A stretch of DNA of 64,000 nt from Podarcis pityusensis (Eukaryota), in assembly GCA_964106645.2 (NCBI GenBank), contig OZ067054.1; one strand, written 5' to 3'. A program made the translations under genes and the position numbers. The notes under the pieces are model-generated. The model worked only from the letters and a program-made list of their open reading frames with translations. It was not told the DNA's origin and did not search any database. Positions 62,401 to 64,000 of this stretch are shown here, one piece after another (positions within the stretch are counted from its first letter, which is position 1; the number at the start of each line of letters is the position of its first letter).

Positions 62401-62655
62401 TCTTGTTAGGACTTCCAGAATACCAGTCTGGGATGTCATTCTCCAAATAAGACTGCATTCAGGAAAAAACAGTGTAAAAGAGGCAACATCTAGGTGCACA
62501 ACTTGGGAGGTTGGCAAGATAGAGACACAAACAGCATAGGAACCATTCTGTTCTGTTTCCTACCTTAATTATGGCTGTAGTAGCATCTGTCTTGAGTGTG
62601 GGCTGGTGCCTCATGAGCTCATCCACAGCACTTCCAAGATTGGAAGCAGTGTCCC
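7328..62655 (-). CDS. HUWE1: HUWE1 E3 ubiquitin-protein ligase, 5'-partial multi-exon CDS (63 exons in window; ARM-like repeats, UBA, WWE, BH3, UBM, HECT)
   Basis: Exon translations closely match recalled human HUWE1 from [19 protein letters not shown] to the C-terminus [10 protein letters not shown]. All junctions are GT-AG (one GC-AG) with consistent phases. Confidence 0.98.
8192..8382 (-). CDS. HUWE1: HUWE1 exon, HECT ([12 protein letters not shown]...LPSAHT)
   Basis: Translation plus AG/GT sites. Confidence 0.96.
8812..8993 (-). CDS. HUWE1: HUWE1 exon, HECT ([12 protein letters not shown]...ANSIQ)
   Basis: Translation plus AG/GT sites. Confidence 0.96.
9497..9614 (-). CDS. HUWE1: HUWE1 exon, HECT ([11 protein letters not shown]...QMRMT)
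   Basis: Translation plus AG/GT sites. Confidence 0.95.
10372..10477 (-). CDS. HUWE1: HUWE1 exon, HECT ([11 protein letters not shown]...FSTE)
   Basis: Translation plus AG/GT sites. Confidence 0.95.
10589..10876 (-). CDS. HUWE1: HUWE1 exon, HECT ([14 protein letters not shown]...GKSV)
   Basis: Translation plus AG/GT sites. Confidence 0.96.
11123..11263 (-). CDS. HUWE1: HUWE1 exon ([10 protein letters not shown]...MKNR)
   Basis: Translation plus AG/GT sites. Confidence 0.95.
11822..11939 (-). CDS. HUWE1: HUWE1 exon ([11 protein letters not shown]...DVKR)
   Basis: Translation plus AG/GT sites. Confidence 0.95.
12202..12447 (-). CDS. HUWE1: HUWE1 exon (LQPAVEAFF...FLRFA)
   Basis: Translation plus AG/GT sites. 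Confidence 0.95.
12532..12687 (-). CDS. HUWE1: HUWE1 exon ([10 protein letters not shown]...HAVL)
   Basis: Translation plus AG/GT sites. Confidence 0.94.
12843..12939 (-). CDS. HUWE1: HUWE1 exon (SEPNQAEGS...DTQSV)
   Basis: Translation plus AG/GT sites. Confidence 0.93.
15094..15276. mobile_element. hAT-type MITE with 8-bp TSD CA(T/C)AGAAC
   Basis: CAGTGCTTTTTT...AAAAAACACTG termini; TSD at 15086-15093 and 15277-15284. Confidence 0.8.
15542..15669 (-). CDS. HUWE1: HUWE1 exon (TSGLGSVSS...QQQATT)
   Basis: Translation plus AG/GT sites. Confidence 0.92.
15915..16117 (-). CDS. HUWE1: HUWE1 exon (FDIAENVV...QTGRL)
   Basis: Translation plus AG/GT sites. Confidence 0.95.
16204..16336 (-). CDS. 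HUWE1: HUWE1 exon (TLLAELREY...KMQS)
   Basis: Translation plus AG/GT sites. Confidence 0.95.
16375..16860 (-). mobile_element. L2 LINE 3' fragment
   Basis: [11 protein letters not shown] motif typical of L2 ORF2 C-terminus. Confidence 0.65.
17378..17534 (-). CDS. HUWE1: HUWE1 exon ([10 protein letters not shown]...CKQI)
   Basis: Translation plus AG/GT sites. Confidence 0.95.
17640..17758 (-). CDS. HUWE1: HUWE1 exon ([10 protein letters not shown]...LSVE)
   Basis: Translation plus AG/GT sites. Confidence 0.92.
18070..18662 (+). mobile_element. Internally deleted CR1 LINE (ORF2 endonuclease start joined to 3' end)
   Basis: [17 protein letters not shown]...ITETWWD, then CR1 3' end CCTTCCAACTCTATAATTCTATGA. 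Confidence 0.85.
18734..19248. mobile_element. Young Tc1/mariner MITE with internal ~24-bp tandem array
   Basis: 22-bp TIR CAGTGGTGCC(T/C)CGCAAGACGAA, TA TSD, CpG-rich. Confidence 0.9.
19458..19698. mobile_element. Tc1/mariner MITE (same family as 36064-36304)
   Basis: TA|CAGTCGTACCT...AGGTATGACTG|TA. Confidence 0.85.
19890..20457 (-). CDS. HUWE1: HUWE1 exon (VFPSHFTQQ...PTTVS), includes Ala-rich tract
   Basis: Translation plus AG/GT sites. Confidence 0.94.
22114..22157. repeat. (GA)n microsatellite
   Basis: Direct inspection. Confidence 0.95.
22945..23485 (-). CDS. HUWE1: HUWE1 exon ([10 protein letters not shown]...IQLAK)
   Basis: Translation plus AG/GT sites. Confidence 0.95.
24466..24568 (-). 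CDS. HUWE1: HUWE1 exon ([10 protein letters not shown]...SSHS)
   Basis: Translation plus AG/GT sites. Confidence 0.94.
24666..24954 (-). CDS. HUWE1: HUWE1 exon, UBM region (VLAQQRAEQ...ILRSP)
   Basis: Translation plus AG/GT sites. Confidence 0.95.
25696..25919 (-). CDS. HUWE1: HUWE1 exon, UBM motifs ([23 protein letters not shown]...IQEE)
   Basis: Translation plus AG/GT sites. Confidence 0.95.
26019..26152 (-). CDS. HUWE1: HUWE1 exon (SPPASSSES...DPLA)
   Basis: Translation plus AG/GT sites. Confidence 0.93.
26243..26501 (-). CDS. HUWE1: HUWE1 exon ([10 protein letters not shown]...QVDD)
   Basis: Translation plus AG/GT sites. Confidence 0.93.
26932..26974. repeat. (AAAC)n microsatellite
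   Basis: Direct inspection. Confidence 0.95.
27081..27645 (-). mobile_element. 5'-truncated L1-like LINE 3' end with TSD TATATGCACTTT
   Basis: TSD at 27065-27076 and 27646-27657; AATAAA and A-rich tail on the minus strand; Trp-containing ORF2 C-terminal remnant. Confidence 0.65.
27788..28066 (-). CDS. HUWE1: HUWE1 exon (GAAHPDGYP...PAPTI)
   Basis: Translation plus AG/GT sites; divergent but collinear with the recalled human exon. Confidence 0.9.
28228..28306 (-). ncRNA. MIR98: pre-miR-98 (let-7 family); 5p 28306-28285 UGAGGUAGUAAGUUGUAUUGUU, 3p 28249-28228 CUAUACAACUUACUACUUUCCC
   Basis: Mature sequences match miR-98; the arms are complementary; same HUWE1-intronic position as in mammals. 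Confidence 0.96.
28680..28751 (-). ncRNA. MIRLET7F2: pre-let-7f-2; 5p 28751-28730 UGAGGUAGUAGAUUGUAUAGUU, 3p 28701-28680 CUAUACAAUCUACUGUCUUUCC
   Basis: Exact let-7f-5p sequence in a hairpin with GGAG in the loop; clustered upstream of miR-98 in the HUWE1 intron. Confidence 0.96.
28838..28883 (-). CDS. HUWE1: HUWE1 46-nt exon ([15 protein letters not shown])
   Basis: Required for phase continuity; resembles recalled human SKSNDSTEQNLS. Confidence 0.88.
29022..29220. mobile_element. Tigger-like MITE, partially degraded
   Basis: AGTGGTACCTC terminus and TACTTCCGGGTT core shared with 2405-2594. Confidence 0.7.
29868..30009. mobile_element. Tigger-like MITE fragment
   Basis: TA|CAGT...GAGGTATGACTG|TA. 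Confidence 0.7.
30754..30905 (-). CDS. HUWE1: HUWE1 exon ([10 protein letters not shown]...QNAQ)
   Basis: Translation plus AG/GT sites. Confidence 0.93.
30995..31084 (-). CDS. HUWE1: HUWE1 exon ([10 protein letters not shown]...DCVS)
   Basis: Translation plus AG/GT sites. Confidence 0.95.
31595..31773 (-). CDS. HUWE1: HUWE1 exon (LLGPSAAAD...TSQA), GC donor
   Basis: Translation; donor CAG|GCAAGT. Confidence 0.92.
31976..32204 (-). CDS. HUWE1: HUWE1 exon ([10 protein letters not shown]...LILQ)
   Basis: Translation plus AG/GT sites. Confidence 0.95.
32654..32825 (-). CDS. HUWE1: HUWE1 exon, acidic (DDEEGEEG...MFSSA)
   Basis: Translation plus AG/GT sites. Confidence 0.94.
33184..33317 (-). 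CDS. HUWE1: HUWE1 exon, acidic (SMNILDPED...EDDQ)
   Basis: Translation plus AG/GT sites. Confidence 0.95.
33620..33718 (-). CDS. HUWE1: HUWE1 exon (GRSGEDESQ...ANRE)
   Basis: Translation plus AG/GT sites. Confidence 0.94.
34231..34306 (-). CDS. HUWE1: HUWE1 exon ([10 protein letters not shown]...STII)
   Basis: Translation plus AG/GT sites. Confidence 0.94.
34735..34883 (-). CDS. HUWE1: HUWE1 exon (ESGEAEAP...QEMQ)
   Basis: Translation plus AG/GT sites. Confidence 0.93.
35096..35268 (-). CDS. HUWE1: HUWE1 exon (PNMANTVN...QQDA)
   Basis: Translation plus AG/GT sites. Confidence 0.94.
35591..35773 (-). CDS. HUWE1: HUWE1 exon (LQAVMCII...LDLS)
   Basis: Translation plus AG/GT sites. Confidence 0.95.
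36064..36304. mobile_element. Tc1/mariner MITE (inverted relative to 19458-19698)
   Basis: AGTCGTACCTTGG...CCAAGGTACGAC termini; shared GATTGGCTGCAGG core. Confidence 0.85.
36438..36649 (-). CDS. HUWE1: HUWE1 exon (DCSVLAFV...EKHA)
   Basis: Translation plus AG/GT sites. Confidence 0.95.
36861..37075 (-). CDS. HUWE1: HUWE1 exon (STPEESRE...LIKE)
   Basis: Translation plus AG/GT sites. Confidence 0.95.
37397..37463 (-). CDS. HUWE1: HUWE1 exon (AQVFAADS...PQGD)
   Basis: Translation plus AG/GT sites. Confidence 0.9.
37832..37977 (-). CDS. HUWE1: HUWE1 exon containing BH3 motif ([16 protein letters not shown])
   Basis: Translation plus AG/GT sites. Confidence 0.93.
38328..38495 (-). CDS. HUWE1: HUWE1 exon (SDDEFENLR...APDE)
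   Basis: Translation plus AG/GT sites. Confidence 0.95.
38769..38964 (-). CDS. HUWE1: HUWE1 exon (VVRSAATSG...GSGT)
   Basis: Translation plus AG/GT sites. Confidence 0.95.
39197..39555 (-). CDS. HUWE1: HUWE1 exon (SPASTESL...HTMEK)
   Basis: Translation plus AG/GT sites. Confidence 0.94.
39646..39805 (-). CDS. HUWE1: HUWE1 exon, WWE C-half ([11 protein letters not shown]...KAN)
   Basis: Translation plus AG/GT sites. Confidence 0.93.
39901..40077 (-). CDS. HUWE1: HUWE1 exon, WWE domain ([14 protein letters not shown]...TMVQ)
   Basis: Translation plus AG/GT sites. Confidence 0.95.
40337..40418 (-). CDS. HUWE1: HUWE1 exon ([10 protein letters not shown]...QMNK)
   Basis: Translation plus AG/GT sites. 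Confidence 0.94.
40798..40925 (-). CDS. HUWE1: HUWE1 exon (ELKLPCARV...VQTP)
   Basis: Translation plus AG/GT sites. Confidence 0.94.
41929..42081 (-). CDS. HUWE1: HUWE1 exon (VWEAADVL...LLFE)
   Basis: Translation plus AG/GT sites. Confidence 0.95.
42429..42899. mobile_element. Tigger-like non-autonomous DNA transposon
   Basis: CAGGTATCCCC...GGGAGTCGCCTG|TA degenerate TIRs. Confidence 0.55.
43356..43625 (-). CDS. HUWE1: HUWE1 exon ([10 protein letters not shown]...VVNQ)
   Basis: Translation plus AG/GT sites. Confidence 0.95.
43924..44019 (-). CDS. HUWE1: HUWE1 exon, UIM-like ([18 protein letters not shown]...SPE)
   Basis: Translation plus AG/GT sites. Confidence 0.95.
44300..44422 (-). CDS. 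HUWE1: HUWE1 exon, UBA domain ([11 protein letters not shown]...GVVR)
   Basis: MGF UBA motif plus AG/GT sites. Confidence 0.95.
44563..44793 (-). CDS. HUWE1: HUWE1 exon (AAFTCIKN...QLQQ)
   Basis: Translation plus AG/GT sites. Confidence 0.95.
45252..45486 (-). CDS. HUWE1: HUWE1 exon (TFNWALSM...VTQK)
   Basis: Translation plus AG/GT sites. Confidence 0.95.
45843..45965 (-). CDS. HUWE1: HUWE1 exon (LTFFICSV...NALF)
   Basis: Translation plus AG/GT sites. Confidence 0.95.
46140..46356 (-). CDS. HUWE1: HUWE1 exon (SSRLGRAL...TPRF)
   Basis: Translation plus AG/GT sites. Confidence 0.95.
46493..48960 (-). mobile_element. CR1 LINE, decayed, with deletions, a nested MITE (~47755-47815) and a CT/CCCT microsatellite (47392-47462)
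   Basis: CR1 3' tail near 46495; ORF2 remnants ([12 protein letters not shown], endonuclease start near 48900). Confidence 0.85.
49349..49543 (-). CDS. HUWE1: HUWE1 exon (GESEAVAA...PLLS)
   Basis: Translation plus AG/GT sites. Confidence 0.94.
50424..50467. repeat. (CA)n microsatellite
   Basis: Direct inspection. Confidence 0.95.
50500..50610. mobile_element. Short (TAA)n-tailed retroposon 3' end; copies near 41150-41250 and 52990-53130
   Basis: Shared CCCATCTGGCTGGG...CCAGCCACTCTGGGC core in three places. Confidence 0.6.
51016..51116 (-). CDS. HUWE1: HUWE1 exon (LPSGCEFG...AKKA)
   Basis: Translation plus AG/GT sites. Confidence 0.93.
51820..51953 (-). CDS. HUWE1: HUWE1 exon (SEIRAISV...CTPN)
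   Basis: Translation plus AG/GT sites. Confidence 0.95.
52064..52309 (-). CDS. HUWE1: HUWE1 exon (TLSHEPKV...RVGQ)
   Basis: Translation plus AG/GT sites. Confidence 0.95.
55925..56101 (-). CDS. HUWE1: HUWE1 exon (MKFVESIL...KSIL)
   Basis: Translation plus AG/GT sites. Confidence 0.95.
56763..57039. mobile_element. hAT (Charlie-type) MITE, TSD C(T/C)CTAGAC
   Basis: CAGGGGTCAGCA...TGCTGACCCCTG TIRs; 8-bp TSD resembling the NTCTAGAN consensus. Confidence 0.88.
57108..57165 (-). CDS. HUWE1: HUWE1 exon ([19 protein letters not shown])
   Basis: Translation plus AG/GT sites. Confidence 0.95.
60530..60763. mobile_element. hAT MITE, perfect TSD GTATAATA
   Basis: CAGGGGT...ACCCCTG TIRs; TSD at 60522-60529 and 60764-60771. 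Confidence 0.9.
61224..61567 (+). mobile_element. Sauria SINE
   Basis: B-box GTTCGAATCCC; ends in CCCTTTACCTTTAC. Confidence 0.9.
62150..62361 (-). CDS. HUWE1: HUWE1 exon (LLEEICNLG...ESSQ)
   Basis: Translation plus AG/GT sites. Confidence 0.95.
62564..62655 (-). CDS. HUWE1: HUWE1 exon (DTASNLGS...AIIK), most 5' exon in window
   Basis: Translation plus AG/GT sites. Confidence 0.95.
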
Positions 62656-64000
62656 CTAGAATGAACACCGGGAAAGGGGAGCAAATTAGATTTAAGCTAT
62701 AAAGGACTGTGGTACTTGGCATAAACCAGCCCAGTCAAGTAAGTAACAATTTATTTTTGTCCTCTTAGTCTACATAACTCAATATTCTAATGAAACTTAA
62801 AAAAAAAAAAAAAGGTTCAGTGTTGCATGAAAGGGAAACAAGGTATAAGGGAAAATAACAGAAGGCCAGATGGGAGTAACAGCTAATTTCTAGGTATGAC
62901 TCTCTTGCAGACACTGTGTGAGTTTTCCACCTATTAATCTCCAAATCCATAAGCCTGGAACTTGCTTTCATAAAAAGTTAGCATAATATTTTCAAGAATA
63001 CCAACTTCTACAGGCACAAATGTCTTTATTATAAACTGTGGGTGAGCATAGATAGGAGATGGAAAGTGAGAATAAGATCTTGTTTATTCTCCAAGATCCC
63101 CTGATATGCTTCTGGATTGCCTCGTGTTTGGAGCAAAGAGGAGACATACTGTGGTCTCTCCTTCTTGCAAGTTGGGTCTACAAAGGTGGCAGGTGAAGTT
63201 ACTGTTCCATCCAAAGGCCTTCCACGCGCAGAATGCCACAAGGTTCAATCTACACAAAACTGTCTGGAGATTTTGGACACTCAATGCTATCTCTCCTTTA
63301 CATCTGCTTTCAACGAGTTAACTAAGGTTCCGAACTGGTGTCTAAGGTCCGTGATGAACTGGATGTGAGTAAACAAGCTGCCCAAACAAGATGGAAGCAC
63401 CGTTGGCTGGGTATGCTACTAATTCAAGATTGAGTACAGTTGCATTTCTTTTTAAGAATCAGATATGGGTCCCCACAGGTCAAAAGAATCTATTTTTCTA
63501 CGCAACCACGGCAGCCCGAGTAGTATATGTTCCTTCTGTTCACTTTCTGTTTATACATGCTCAGCCTCTTCTACACAGAACACATTCCTTAAACATGCCC
63601 ATATTTCACTGGATGCCAGCATTGGACACCCATCCTTCCCTCCATTCTGAACACTGCCACACACAAGAACAAGGATATGGCTGGCGATCATCACTTGAAA
63701 TTTAAAAATCATTTAATGTAACAACACGATTAGAGTTATTAATATTGCAGATGTTGTATAAGGGATTATTATTATAACCAGAATGCAACTGACACTAAAA
63801 AGATTTTGGAAAGCAGAAATAAAGAAAATTATCAAATCATCAAATCAAGCATGCAGGGGGCAACTTTAAATTATATAATTCAGTACTTGAATGATTGGTA
63901 TTAATAATTGTATTATAAATTGGTATTGCTATAATGAGGCTATTATTGGACTGTAATTGAAAACTAATAAAATTTTATTCCTAATAATAATAAAAATAAT

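Overview
Vertebrate (squamate) genomic DNA. Sauria SINEs, CR1/L2/L1 fragments and many hAT and Tc1-mariner MITEs point to a lizard, possibly a lacertid (inference). The window is dominated by the 3' portion of HUWE1 (HECT/UBA/WWE/BH3 E3 ubiquitin ligase) on the minus strand. I traced 63 coding exons from 62655 down to the stop at 7328. Splice phases are consistent throughout, one intron is GC-AG, and the 3' UTR ends at tandem AATAAA signals near 6921-6935. The 5' exons lie beyond the right edge. A 771-nt intron (28067-28837) hosts the let-7f-2/miR-98 microRNA cluster. Positions 1-6900 are repeat-rich downstream intergenic DNA. The most interesting unexplained signals are candidate non-canonical HUWE1 exons. 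One is a frame-preserving, strongly hydrophobic 96/105-nt cassette inside the acidic disordered region. Others are a 45-nt cassette with RBFOX motifs upstream of the HECT region, an 18-nt microexon, and frameshifting (poison-type) exons in the 5-kb intron at 57166-62149. The pre-miR-98 loop also lacks the usual LIN28 GGAG/GAAG motif. All of these are sequence-based hypotheses. Comparisons with human sequences are from recall, and no database search was run.
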